Shown here piece after piece: positions 1 through 14,954 of a stretch of 64,000 bases of DNA. A program made the translations under genes and the position numbers. The notes under the pieces are model-generated. The model was not told where the DNA came from. It saw only the letters and a list, made by a program, of their open reading frames with translations, and made no database searches. The stretch is from the human T2T-CHM13v2.0 reference genome, Homo sapiens, in assembly GCF_009914755.1 (NCBI RefSeq), contig NC_060929.1, one strand, 5' to 3'. The stretch's first letter is position 1. The number at the start of each line of letters is the position of its first letter.

Positions 1-399
1 GCTCCAGGTACAAGTTAAAACAACTTACCAAACGAAACGAAACTAAACAAAAACCTTGGCAGTATCTGTTTTGTTGTGAACCTCATTCAACCTGAAATTT
101 AATTATGTTACCATGTGGGTTTGTAATGTGGATTAATAGTTTTATTGTATGCCTGTGATTAGTTTCTGTTTGTTCTAATTTCTTCTTAGCCCCTTCCTGA
201 CCTTGAAGTGAAAAAACACAGAAGATGTATTCCTTCAATTTAATGCCAGTTTGAGGTGTTTCTCCTGCATCATCAGATCAATGAAAAGTAAATAGCCTAC
301 ACTTCTTGTTTCACAGTGCAGTATTGATCTTTCTTCAGCTTTTGCTTCCCCTTTTCCCTGCGTCTTGTGTCTTTCAACCCCTGGGACTGAAGTGATTGC

Positions 400-733
400 C
401 ATAGATTGGACAAGCTAACAAGCGCATGATAAGGAACCGGTGTTTTGTGGCATACTCACATGCACATGCTTGGTATATAAAGCCTGCTTCTGCATTGAAA
501 GAAAGGTGCCATTTTGCGTGCATGGCACAAGCCACTAGGAGAAAGAACCAAAAGGAAAAAAATAAAAAAAAAAACAGGAAGGAAGATTTTATTTGCTATC
601 CCAAATCTTTGCAGATAGTGCTAAATTAGGTGATGAAACTCCTGTGAAAAATAAAAGACAAGTAGCCTGCGGGAAAATGCCATATGCTTTTAGCTTTGGC
701 AAATGACTGGATGTTGGCAGCCTGTGGGTAAGT
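400..733 (+). promoter_or_regulatory. Candidate TATA/CCAAT promoter and first exon ending at a GT donor
   Basis: Non-repeat sequence with ATTGG (reverse CCAAT) 405-409, TATATAAA 474-481, GCCATTTTG (YY1/Inr-like) 508-516 and TGG|GTAAGT at 727/728. Motif arrangement only; no transcript evidence. Confidence 0.35.
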
Positions 734-3629
734 GTCTACAATCCTTCAGCATCTATGCTTTCAAAAGAATATTTGTTATTATGATTTTTGTGGGTTTTCT
801 TTGGTTTCACTTTTTACTTAAGGCTAGTTGCTAAATTGTTAATCTTAGCGTTTGCAAAATAGTTATAATTTGGATTCCGAATCCAATACTTAGAAATATG
901 TATTTAAGCCACGTGTCTTCACAAGAAGCATTAGGAGATATATTTGCTTCTTTAACAATCTGACTGATCTGTGGCTTTTCTCTGAGGTGAAAAGAAATGT
1001 TTTTGTAAAGATGTGAACTGATCTAAGATGTCAAGTAATAGAAGGAAATGGATAACTTTGTAAAGCTTAGAAATACTTTGTTTTCTCCCTGCCTGTCTTT
1101 AACATGTTCATCGTAAAAATGAAAACCCTCCAAATTTTATTTTTGGGCCCTTCTGTATCCACAGATTTGTCTGGCATTGAAAAATGGATAAATGAATAAT
1201 TGATATTCTATCACATGCTATTGTCTCTTTACAGATGGATATTTTATGCTGGGCAGCTTGCAAGTTTTCTGACCTCACTTTAGGATGGTAGGGATCCAGT
1301 TTCTTGACTCTGACGTGGTTATAAGTTATTGGTGCCATTGGCTCCCAGCTCTGTAAACTAATATATTTATAAATAAGTTATCCTTTCTTTACTTTTTATG
1401 CTCTCATTCTGGAATTTAGTTTGAGATTCTACAGTCAGGCTGTCATTTGAGAGTCCATGGTTGAAAGGAGGTTCACATGACAGAGGAAATAAACAAAGCT
1501 TGTGTTTCTCATGGAGAAAAGTTGTGACCTCGATAAATGTTAATATAGCATGAAGATCTGTAGGGGATGTTAACTTATTACTAATTTTAAGGAAAAATCT
1601 TCCGATGCACAGGTTTCTGATTCTGATATGTAAATCACTGTACTGTCATATATAAACATCATATGAACACCATGGATACTGCTGCAATGCGGCTTTTGGC
1701 ACATTGCTGTCAGTATGATGCTTTTATATCATGCGCCTTTTGTTGTCTGAGCAGAATACAGAATACATGGAACAAATTAAGCAAAATGTTGGAGCTTCTG
1801 TATCTTACTCAGGTTTTATGACTTGTATACTTCTTGGATTTGGATGATTGTTCTAACCCAAGCTATTATGTAATCCTTAGGGTAACGCTACTGCTGATTT
1901 GAAAGCTATTAATTTTCTATTACAGTGTGCTAAAGATGTTCTATAGTGTGGCACTCACCTGCATTATTGAGTCAATGACCAATTGCAGAGTTGTTCTGTG
2001 GTGGTTGGAGCTTAACTCAACCCTCTGGGATCTCATTTATTATTTGCAGATATTGATTTTGGAAAAAAGAAAAGCTAAGATGTGTGAATATAATACTAAC
2101 TTAGACCTGGCCTAGAGCTATTAACTCCTAATGGTCTGCATATTGTATGTGTTAACATGTAAAACTATTACATATTTTGTGATTTTAATCATAAATTATA
2201 CTGTGTTCACAATAAATATTTATCCTTATCTATACAGCATGTCTAAATATTGAGTACCCAAATGATTTTGCTGTGTTATTAGAATCTGAACTTAGCTTTA
2301 GTCATATTTGTAATTTTCTGATGTCTTAAAGATGCAAATAAGAGAAGAACATTTACTTGTACCCTTAAAAATATCCTAAGCAAATACCCAAGTGTGTATG
2401 GTATATAATATGCAATGTGTGTGTTTGTGCACAGAGGGAATCTTAGTGATTTTTTATTTATTTTTCTTAAAGAAACATTGTCCATAGGCAGTTTTCTGAA
2501 GCAGCCTTAGGACTGTTAAAAAACAAAAGAACATAAAAATGTATGGGGAAGTTCTTCACCTGGAGGAATCTAAAATTCAAAATGAAGCCCAGGCTCATGT
2601 GGCATTCTAGGGTGCATGATCTCTTGACTGCAGGGACCCCGAGAACCCATTATTGACATTGGTCCTCCCATAAGGCTGACAGGGTTACAAAGACACACTC
2701 TTGTGGGCTCCCCAGCAATCACCTTTCCATGCCCTCATGTTTATCGCTAAGGCTTAATTGCACACAATTTCTCAAAACCTGATTTTTTTCTTTCAAATGC
2801 CTCCATTATTTTCAGAGAAATAGCATTTCTACACAGCCAAAATAATTGGAAACATTTAGAAAATTATTTTGCTTTGTTTATTTAACATAAAGGCCAGTTT
2901 TTAAAATGGATTTTTATTTTTTATTTTCTGTCACTTTTATTTAATAACAAATGTAAAAGCAAAACCTATTTCTAATTTGAAATTAATTAACTTAACAAAT
3001 AATGAAAGGGGATTATATTGTCAATAATCTGCTTGCTGGTACACGTCGTATGAAAACAATTGGCAACCCAATAGGTAATATTTGTCAAGTAATTTCTTGT
3101 TAACCTAATTTGTTCAAGGACTATTCTATGGAATGAAAAGGATATATGACATTTGTTTTTCTCCCTCTTTAGCATCATATTTTAGTTCAAAATTCACCAG
3201 TTCTAATTATCTCCTATTTGCAACTGCTCCAGAGGAACCCTTACATAAGTGCCCTCAGTAAATTCCTTTATTCAGTCATGTTTTTCACTAAATAGAAATA
3301 TATTGTCTATTATGTGTTAAGTGTACTAGATGCTAAAAATATTTTTAAAAAGATTCATAATAGAAATTAAATATAAAAAAAGGAAAGGAATGAGACCAAG
3401 TCTTTGATTTTATAAAAGCTTAATTATAAAAGGAATTGAACACAAAGCCAGTATAAAGCAAGTTTATTTTATGTTAGAAGTAAAAATAATTTACCATATT
3501 ATGAGGGTACACTAAAACATGAAATTCAAAGAAAATATTTTTCAGTATAATTTTAATGTTTAAAAAGTACCTTTTGGTTTGTAATATGTATAAGCATGTC
3601 CAGCAGAATTTCTCAATTGATATGATTGC

Positions 3630-3750
3630 TTATTCAACCAGTATTTATTTAGTATCAATTGCATGACAGGGGTTAGAAAGATAGAGAAAATGAGATGAAT
3701 TTCTAGCTCATACATGCTAACAGATTACAGAAGAAGACATACAAAGCCTA
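3630..3750 (-). mobile_element. L2 3'-end fragment
   Basis: ATTCAACCAGTATTTATTTAGTATC resembles the reverse complement of the L2 3' tail; highly diverged. Confidence 0.45.
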
Positions 3751-4468
3751 AATCTACACTCAGTGCTTAAAATGTCTATTCACTGTAGACTATTTAGTCA
3801 ACCATCAAAGGGAAAGCTTTACTTTCTATATCTATATCTATCATGTCTAACAGTCAAATAATGAGAACTGATATGCAGTTCAATATCAAATAATGAGAAT
3901 AACGTGATAATTTTGATTTATTATAGTTTTGGTATCACCTATGTAAAATATTGTACATATGACATTTTACATGTTATAGGTATTTTTACATGTTATAGGT
4001 AGGTTCACATAGGTATCACCTAGATAAAGTGTTGTACATAATGATCTAGAGGCTTCTACTAGTTTTAATTATGATAAATATTGAACAGGCTAAGGCTAGT
4101 TCAGAGACAAACCAGAGACACTAACAAATTAATGACATTGAATTTGCCTTACATCACCAAATACCTACGAATGAAATTAGATACCAATTCCAAAACATGC
4201 CTACAATAAGCATAGCTGCTTAACTGCCAAGATAGATACTGATGAGACATCTGTTCGGGAAGTTTTAAGTAGGATAGGCACCCAAAAATCAAAGCTTAAA
4301 AACTCAAGATTAAATGTTTCTGACTTATAAAATCACAAAAGTACATTTTCAATGATATATTTGTGATTTGGCACCATGAATGTTTTCTTAAAATGCTTAA
4401 CATTTTAAAGTAAATGACTTTCTGAGTAGTTTTTCTTTAATCTGAAAGTATAAATGAACATGAGTCAG

Positions 4469-4470
4469 TT

Positions 4471-4519
<49 letters not shown>

Positions 4520-4809
4520 GACAGAGTCTCGCTCTGTTGCCCAGTCTGGAGTGCGGTGGCGGGATCCTGGCTCACTGCAACCTCTGCCTCCTGGGTTCAA
4601 GCAATTCTCCCTGCCTCAGCCTCGTGAGCAACTGGGATTTCAGGTGCCCGCCACCACACCAGCTACTTTTTTTTTTTTTTTGTATTTTTGGAAGAGATAG
4701 GGTTTCGCCATGTTGGTCAGGCTGGTCTTGAATGCCTGACCTCAGGTGATCCACCCACCTCGGCTTCCCAAAGTGCTGGGATTACAGACTTGAGCCCCTG
4801 TGCCAGGAC
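4469..4809 (-). mobile_element. AluS (Sx/Sz-like), full length, (TAAA)n tail
   Basis: Both Alu arms in reverse (AGACAGAGTCTCGCTCTG...CCCAAAGTGCTGGGATTACAG), (TTTA)n 4469-4517, degenerate TSD AGTCAGT on both sides. Confidence 0.96.
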
Positions 4810-5169
4810 AAGTCAGTATTTTTGATGACTACTCTCTCCTATTTATTTATTTGTCAACAAATGGCAGTGATAATCAGCTGACAACAGGCAGTCAACATTA
4901 TAAATGGTTCACTTAATTAACTGTAGATAATAATCCAGGTAAAATATGGATGCCACTCCTTTCAATAAAATGGAGGCAAAATAACCCCATTACTGATTCT
5001 AATTTACTGTTCCTTAACGTCCTCATAATGAGTATGAGGCTATCAAGTTACTGTCTCTCTCTTTTTTTTTTTTTTTTGCTTATGTGATTGTTATTGTTGT
5101 ATATTACAGGCCAGAAATACACCACGAAAAATAATTTTAGATATACTATTATATTCATTAACTTAGAAG

Positions 5170-5172
5170 ATA

Positions 5173-5206
<34 letters not shown>

Positions 5207-5207
5207 C
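5170..5207. repeat. (AT)n followed by poly(T)
   Basis: Seen directly. Confidence 0.9.
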
Positions 5208-5939
5208 TGGCACAGTACTCTGTTCATAGGAACATCAAGTGTGGTCTGTTCCTTTTTAGTGGCCTGTGAAATAGTACCATAAGTTCATCCCCAGTATGAA
5301 AAGCTTCAGCAGTGAGATTTGAGGCAGCCTGTCATGCAAAAAGTAAGGCATTAGTCAAGAGGGGCGGTTTTTACAAAAGGTCATTGTTAGGCTCATATAG
5401 GTATGCAATGAGCACACAGCTTCTTTATCACTGTCCATTCATTCAATGGAACAATTTTATTTCTAAATTTAAGAGATTAGAGATGCTATTGACCCTTGAT
5501 CAGAAAAGATGCTGATGCTAATGATGGCTCTTCTTATTGCCTTACTGTAATTTACCTACTCATATGTCTAGGCACCTTCAGCATCAGTCACATCTGAAAT
5601 ATACTTGGCTCAGGCTTTTAGCCCCTTTTGGCTTCACTTGGCTTTTTGCCCAGACTCAATATTTTATAATAAAATTATTCAAATTATCTCCATGATTGCA
5701 ATATAATTTCCCCCTTGACTTCCAGCCGTATCAATATATAGTCTTTCTCCTTGTGGTCTCAGAAAATCAAAATAGTATGAGGACTGAAACTATCATAAAT
5801 CTATAATCTCTGATTGAACTTTCAGTGGTGCTTGGCCATGCTTTTATTCAGCTTTTTATGACTCTTTTTCGTATTCCCCAGTGACTATGTCAAACATTGT
5901 CTACACTTACCAAATTTAAAATCCCACCTCCTCATATTC

Positions 5940-6308
5940 TGTGGTAGACTTCTAGTGCCAGTTACCATTCGGTTCTCCTTACCCCCATAAAGAAGATTTT
6001 ACTCCTGATGTCCTTACTGTTATATAGGACCAGAAGGTTCTGAGTAGAAATGGATTCTGAATGACACTCAGTAGAAGACATCCTGTATTTTTCTTCCCTG
6101 CCTTTTGAACCAGAGACCTTATGATTGAAATTATGAAGCCACAAGGTTGTGGGGACTTCTGACAACCCGAATTGTCATGGAGGTATGGAGGCAGTTGCCA
6201 TGGAGAGTCAGCAGGTCAAATTTTCATGAACAAAAACCTTTGTAGTTTTAAGCCAAGTGAGATGCTGGGGATGTTTATTTTCTAGACTATCCAAAGATGT
6301 CCTGACAT
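5940..6308 (+). mobile_element. Old MaLR LTR (MLT1 family)
   Basis: Starts TGTGGTAG; 3' part TTTAAGCCAAGTGAGATGCTGGGGATGTTT...CCTGACA matches MLT1 3' ends. Confidence 0.6.
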
Positions 6309-6410
6309 CTTCACATTTAGGAGATGAGTTTGTTTTCCATGATTTTGAGAGCTTTGAGAAAATCCAACACATTGTGTTCCTACCATAATATAATGGTATT
6401 TATACATTTT

Positions 6411-8026
<1,616 letters not shown>

Positions 8027-8037
8027 AAAATATTTCT

Positions 8038-8207
8038 GGCCAGGCGCAGTGGCTCATGCATGTAATACCAGCACTTTGGGAGGCCGAGACAAGTGGATCA
8101 TCTGAGGTCAGGAATTTGAGACCAGCCTGGTCAACATGGTGAAACCCCGTCTCTACTGAAAATACAAAAATTAGCCAGGTGTGGTGCGGGCATCTGTATT
8201 CACAGCT
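8038..8207 (+). mobile_element. AluS, 3'-truncated (left arm, linker, start of right arm)
   Basis: GGCCAGGCGCAGTGGCTCA start and CTACTGAAAATACAAAAATTAGCC linker; ends at CACAGCT with no poly(A). Confidence 0.93.
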
Positions 8208-8539
8208 CCATTCTCTTTGTTTTTATCAATGTCAGAGGAAGAATTGTGTAGTGCCAGTCTTTTCACTATAATTCTTATACTGTATAATGATCATCAGCTT
8301 CTTCTGAGACAATATTTTATTAAATATCTTCAGTTGAAATATTTTTACAAAATTTCATCATATTTTCTTCATCTCAGTAAAACAGTACATTAAAATTTAT
8401 ATATAAAGTATATGTAAATATCTGAAACTCATTTATTTATATATAAAATGTATATTAAATATATAAAATTTATATAGCTAAGATACATTATAAAATGTAT
8501 ATATGTAACTATATATATATATATAATCAAACCATCTTG

Positions 8540-8630
8540 AACTCACACGGCTGATACTTACTGCAGCCAGAATTTGAGATCAAGTATGTCTGAGCACAGA
8601 CCCATAACTTTGCCCTCTTTGCTACACCAC
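8540..8630 (-). mobile_element. MIR fragment
   Basis: CACACGGCTG...GCCAGAATTTGA resembles the reverse complement of the MIR 5' part. Confidence 0.5.
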
Positions 8631-8719
8631 CTTCTTTTGAAACTCTTTACTACTTTGCCTTATATATCTTCTTATTCTAATAATCATTTTATCTCTATGA
8701 GTACAGTTTATTACCGATT

Positions 8720-8910
8720 GACTATTACGTGCTACTTATGTGACTTAGGCCAGTTAACTTATTCTCTAGGAACCTCAGTTTACTCAGTTATACAATGAGC
8801 CTAATACTGTCTGCTTCACAGTTGTTTATAAGAACTAAGTAAAATAATATAAACATACATGCCTAGTTTAGTTCCTGATGCATATTGGCAATTGAGAAAT
8901 GTTAATTGAT
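8720..8910 (+). mobile_element. MIR
   Basis: Core TGTGACTTAGGCCAGTTAACTTATTCTCTAGGAACCTCAGTTTACTC followed by a MIR 3' tail. Confidence 0.75.
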
Positions 8911-8983
8911 GTTTTTCTTTATACTTTGCTTCAACTATTATTCTCAGATTGACCTTTCTCAATCTCTTTGGTTATAAAATTGA

Positions 8984-9313
8984 TAGTAGTCCCCACCTTA
9001 TCTGTGGTTTTGTTTTCTGCGTTTCAGTTATCCACAGTCAACTGTGGTCTGAAATAAAGTAAGTACACTACAATAAGATATTTCGAGAGGGGTATAAAGA
9101 GAGGAAAATAGAGGTCATATTCACATGATTTTGTTTCATTATATTGCTATTGTTCTACTTTATTATTAGTTGTTAATCTCTTACTATGCCTAATGTATGT
9201 ATTAAACTTTATCGGAGGTATTTACATATACAAAAAACGTAGTGTATATAGTGTTTGGTACTATCCATGGTTTTAGGTGTCCAATGTGGGTCATGGATAA
9301 GTGGGGACAACTG
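8984..9313 (+). mobile_element. MER44A (TcMar-Tigger MITE)
   Basis: Terminal inverted repeats TAGTAGTCCCCACCTTATC...GATAAGTGGGGACAACTG followed by TA; internal sequence fits MER44A. Confidence 0.85.
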
Positions 9314-10709
9314 TATTACTGATTTTTAGTCCTGTCTCAAATTCTGTTTCTTCTCAACCATTTGTTGACCTTTATTTGAATACTTATATTATTTTGCTTA
9401 ATATATGTGTTTTATTTTTCTGTTACATACCTGTGCCTTATTTCCAAGGAATTTCTGAATTCCTTAAAGACAGGACCTAGCACATCTGCGTTTCTTCATT
9501 CATCATAAGTCTATTTGATGCTGCTGCTGATTTTTACGAATGAGTAGATTCTATTTGAATCTCCTAGTGAAAATATATCATATCTGTTACATCATATTTA
9601 TCAAACACTGTTACTCTTGGAATCTAAATATGCTAACATGACACATCATTAACGTCAAGTTACTACTATTCCTTGCTGCATTATTGTGGCAGTTTCCTAA
9701 TGCAGCTCAAAGTACATCAAGTGAATTTAGGAAACAGGTTCTGTCAGGTATGTAGGGAAGTAGCTCTTGACCTTTAATGTTCCTCTATTCTCTACTTTAA
9801 AATCATATTTATTTAACATATTTTCTTATGATTTTTGTCTCTCTATTGAAATATATATTATCCCCTATTAATGGTTAAATGAGAAGACACAGTTTACGTA
9901 TAATTATTTCTTTCAATACTTCTGCTTAAATAGTAGGAGACCATTGAAATATTTTGAAAATCTATGGTGGAGTTATAGCTGATATGAATAATGACATCTG
10001 ATGAGCTATGAGTTTGAGAGGATAGGAGACTAATCACATGCATTTATCCATTTTCTACTGTCCTTTACTGGATATTTATTAGTAGATTCTCAAAACAGGA
10101 TTTTGTGTAATACATTTGTTAGCAAAATATTTTGATTCAGGGGATCATCCTTCAACATTGCATATGGTAGTGCTACTATATTTCTATGTTCAGTGACTTA
10201 CCTTACTTACCATAGCATAGTATTTGAAGCCTTTAACTCTTATATTCAAAGTATAATGTTTCTGAACATTTTCAGCACTTTAAATGCAAAGTGTTTCTGT
10301 AGCAAGTCATGATACAATGTCTCAGGAGATGAATGAAGCTGCCACGTTTTTCTTTTAAGCTGAATTAATGCTTGTGAAGACTGACATCCATGAAGACTAA
10401 AGTGCTTCAGCTACAGAAAGTAACAATTCAGAAGGGGCAGTCTGAGCCTTTGGTATTTTACTACACTAATACATAACAGAAGATTTATCATTGTTCTTGT
10501 CCCTTTTGATTTTCAGTCTCTTTGCTAAGATATTTGTCAATAGCACTATGATTTAGTTGTTTTATACTGAAAATTTATTGGCACACCAAATTCCAAATAT
10601 AATTTCTACCATACTTCATTTTCTCAAATATATGAGTTGTAGAACTCTAAAACAGCCTTGGTCAGTCAGGCCAAGATGTCATCCCTATAGTAGCCTTGCT
10701 CTGGGAGGA

Positions 10710-10978
10710 GTACAGTAAAGTCTGAGAGCACAGAGTCTAAAGCCAGACAGATCTGTAATTGCATTTGTGCCATACTGCTTCCTAGGAACCCTGAGCAAGT
10801 GGCCTAACCACTTTGAAACTTGATTTGCCCATCAGTAAAATGGATATAATAATAAGACCTACCTTACAGGGTTGGCATGTTTGTAGATTAAATGCGACAG
10901 CACATTTAAGCTGTTAAAATGCTTAATATTGTGCCTGGTCCATGATAAACATTCAATTAATTTTAGTTTCATCATCAT
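10710..10978 (+). mobile_element. MIR, near full length
   Basis: Core CCCTGAGCAAGTGGCCTAACCACTTTGAAACTTGATTTGCCCATCAGTAAAATGG and tail GTGCCTGGTCCATGATAAACATTCAAT. Confidence 0.8.
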
Positions 10979-12399
10979 GATCTTACTGGTGCAGTCATTA
11001 GTACTTATGATCATTCAGCGTGAATTGGCCTGAGGAATACTATTTGGCACTCATTATTATATCTTAAAATTCCAATTTGTTAAATACAATATGATGTTAC
11101 CTGCAAACATATATTTATTTATTCTTAGTGTAATCTCCCTTTGTAGGCCAACTGTAATTTAAGTCAGTTAAATTATAATTAGGGTATTATTTATAGACTG
11201 TATTCAGAACAAGCATTTGTTTGGATATATAATGGCACTAAGCTGTGTCATCCTGAGATATCAACCTCTTTTAGAGATATGTTCACATTTGCTTTAAGAC
11301 ACCTTCTTTCCGGAAAATGCTTATAAAAAGAGTTACAGGATATATCTGTGCTTCCATTTATGTCACGTTCTCCTTTAAACTGTCACTTTCTTCCTTTATG
11401 TTAAGAATTTCAGTCAGGGTGTGGTCAAGTTTTTGAACAGATACATTAGGTTGATTTTCAAGTTAAACTTTTAGTAGATAACATTATTTGAGTATTTATA
11501 GGTTGTTTAGGGAAGTAGGTACATCTCTAGAACTCCTGCAATTTGCTAATATGTGCTATATCTAGAATGTTCCTTTAAAATGGCTTACTTTCTGTGATGT
11601 TATTTGGTTGTTTTGTTTTTCTTCCTTCTTATAATATATAATGACAGCATTTTCAAAATGTCAGTATCATTTAATTGGGTTGATATTTACTCTAATTCTC
11701 CTTTGAAAAATACTAAAAGTTTTAAGTGGGTTTAAATTCATGTCAGTTCTGTTTATGACTAAATAAATATAAACCAGCAATACTATTAAAAAGAATAGAA
11801 AAAGATATGAAACTTGAAGGTCATTCATTGAGTGTAATTTATAGAATATAATATATACAGAGATACACCTTAGAATTATAAAAATACATAAATTTTATCA
11901 TCAAGAAGATCAATAAGAGACTATCATTTTTCTCATTATTTCCTTTTGGTGCACACTTATTCTAAATCTGTAAATTCTAAAAGGCCTATAATATAACTTT
12001 ATATAAACCAATGTGCTATATTACCAAGTTTATATGATATATAAAGATGTTATGTAGCATTTTGTCTTACAAATTCATTGCATTGTAGTACGTATCAATC
12101 TACTGTCTGTCAAAGTACAATACCAAATATTAATTGGTAATAAGAATGAAGATATTTCTGGAGTTTATGTAACATAATAGTGTAAGAAAAGATGTGGGAC
12201 AGATCTAAGAATTCCTTAATCTCATTCAAGTTTTACACTTAATACAACCAGACTTTTTATATAACTTAGGTTATTTCTCTCACTTGGAAATTAGGAACAC
12301 AAATTATTTGAATTAAAAATGTAAAAAAAGTATCCAATATTCTCGTTAGAGTAAATATGCAGGGGTTTTTTACATTGTTTGGACTTTAATAATGACAGC

Positions 12400-12700
12400 A
12401 AGAGGAATTATCAAATAGTTATTAAAACTATGGACTATCTGTTGTGCAAATGAGGTCAATCTGTACAAATTGACATGAATGTTGCAGGTTAAAACATCAA
12501 ATCATACAATGATGCTGTTGACATAATTTATTTTGAAACACACACAAGACCAACATGATAAATATAAGTAAAAATTCTGGTAGGTTATAAATCAAACTCT
12601 CAACAGAGGTTACCTCTTAGGAGAGGATGAATTACAGACTGATTTCCCAATGGGTACACCAGCTTCTACTTTATTTGAATTGATTAAATTTCAACAATAT
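12400..12700 (+). mobile_element. Old L1M 3'UTR fragment
   Basis: AAACTCTCAACAGAGGTTACCTCTTAGGAG resembles L1ME 3' ends. Confidence 0.45.
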
Positions 12701-12706
12701 TAACAT

Positions 12707-13766
12707 ATTATTTATTTTATGTTCAGGCGTACATGTGCAGGTTCGTTATGTAGGTAAATTGCTTGTCATGGGAGTTGAGTGTACAGGTTATTTTGTCACC
12801 CAGGTACCACGCATAGTACCTGATAGGTAGATTTTTGATTCTCTTCCTCCTCCCACCCTCCGTCCTCCTGTAGGCCCCAGTGTTTGCTGTTCTCTTCTTT
12901 GTGTCCGTGTCTACTTCGTGCTTAGCTTCCACTTATAAGTGAGAACATGCAGTATTTGGTTGTCTGTTCCTGTGTAAGTTTGCTTAGCATACTGGCCTCT
13001 AGCTGCATCCATGTTCCCACAAAAGACATAATCTCGTTCTTTTTAATGGATGCGTAATATTCCATGGTGTATATGTACCATCTTTTCTTTATCCAATCTA
13101 CTTTTGATGAGCATTTAGGTTATTCCATGTCTTTGTTATTGTGAATAGTACTGTATGCACATATCTTTATGGTAAAATGATTTACATTCCATTGGGTATA
13201 TACCCAATAACGGTATTTCTTTGTTAAATGGTACATAGGTTTGAAGTTTTTTGAGAAATTACCACCCTGCTTTCTACAATGGCTGAGCTAATTTACACTA
13301 CCACCAGCAGTGTATAAGCATTCTCTTTTCTCTGCAACCCTGCCAGCATCTGCTACTTTTTTACTTTTAATAGTAGTCACACTAACTGATGTAAAATGGT
13401 ATTTCACTGTGATTTTAATTTGCATTTCTCTGATGATTAGTAATGTTGAGTTTTTTTTTCTTATGTGCTTGATAGCCATGTGTATGTCTTCTTTTGAAAA
13501 GTGTCTGTTTGTGTGATCTTTGCCCACTTTTTAATGGGGTGGTTTGTTTTTTGCTTGTTAATTTATTTATGCTGCTTGTAGACTCTGGATATTAGACCTT
13601 TGTAGGATGCATAGTTTGCAAATATTTTCTCTTATTCTGTAGATTGTCTGCTCACTGTGTTGATAATTTATTTTGCTGTGCAGAAGCTCTTTATTTTAGT
13701 TAGGTCCCTTTTTTTGCCATTGCTTTTGGCATCTTCAACATGAAATTGTTTTCAGGAACTATGTCT
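12707..13766 (-). mobile_element. 5'-truncated older L1PA (L1PA15/16-like)
   Basis: Reverse 3'UTR (GTACATGTGCAGG...TTTTGTCACCCAGGTA) and degenerate ORF2 C-terminus ([12 protein letters not shown]...REMQIK). Confidence 0.92.
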
Positions 13767-14240
13767 TTGCAGAGTCTTTTTAATGAAGCGGTAGATGATT
13801 CAAGTCATAAACTAAATCAAATTCTTCTCATATGAAAGTTACTCAGTATATGACTATATTAATATTGACCATTTGGGGATGATTTATTCATCTTCCTTGT
13901 TTTGTACCTTGTACATAATTTTATAAATTATTTATTATAGTCAATGTGGTTATTAAATAAGCCACAAACCACAAACCAAGAAGATGCTATAGTCCTCGTT
14001 CTTAGGAATTTATAGGTGGGGATAAAAATGATTAAAGAACAATAATAAATAGTAATCACTATTGATCAGTTTTGACTACTGATAATGTCTCAGGCTTATT
14101 CAAGAAAGTGGGGAAACAAAGAAGCATTCAAACTCTACCCTCAAGGAACTCACAGTAGAGTTATGGGAGGAGACAAAATAATGTTTGAAAGGCACAGTAG
14201 GTGCGAAACCATAAAAGATCGAGAAAGTTTAGGAATTTAG

Positions 14241-14551
<311 letters not shown>

Positions 14552-14773
14552 TATGCATCTTAATAGTACATGTATCTCCTATCTAAATAAACAAATTTAT
14601 TGTAACAAAATATAAGCTTTTAGAAGGCTTATCAGTGTTTTCCACCTATTTAACTCAGTCACCATTTTGCAATGACCTTCATATACTGTAGGTCTTGAAA
14701 AATGCAAGCTCTGACACTGAGATCTTGGAATAAATGAAAAAAGTATCAGAATCTTGTACTAAGTCAAACCAGT

Positions 14774-14806
14774 AAAAAAAAAAAAAAAAAAAGAAAAAAG
14801 AAAAAA
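14774..14806. repeat. Poly(A)/A-rich tract
   Basis: Seen directly; no attached element body. Confidence 0.85.
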
Positions 14807-14917
14807 CCTGCTATTGTTCTTTGATTTATTGGTTTAATTTTTTTATTTTATACATTTTGTTTTGGAATTAAAATAGCTCTAGTTAAAACTATTTTTATAT
14901 ATTATGCATTCTATATG

Positions 14918-14921
<4 letters not shown>

Positions 14922-14953
<32 letters not shown>
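14922..14953. repeat. (CA)n microsatellite
   Basis: About 15 uninterrupted CA units. Confidence 0.95.

Positions 14954-14954
<1 letters not shown>

Noticed and set aside
14766-14812. Orphan poly(A) retro-insertion
   Set aside because: The putative TSD (AAACC.G) is too short and degenerate to distinguish from slippage.
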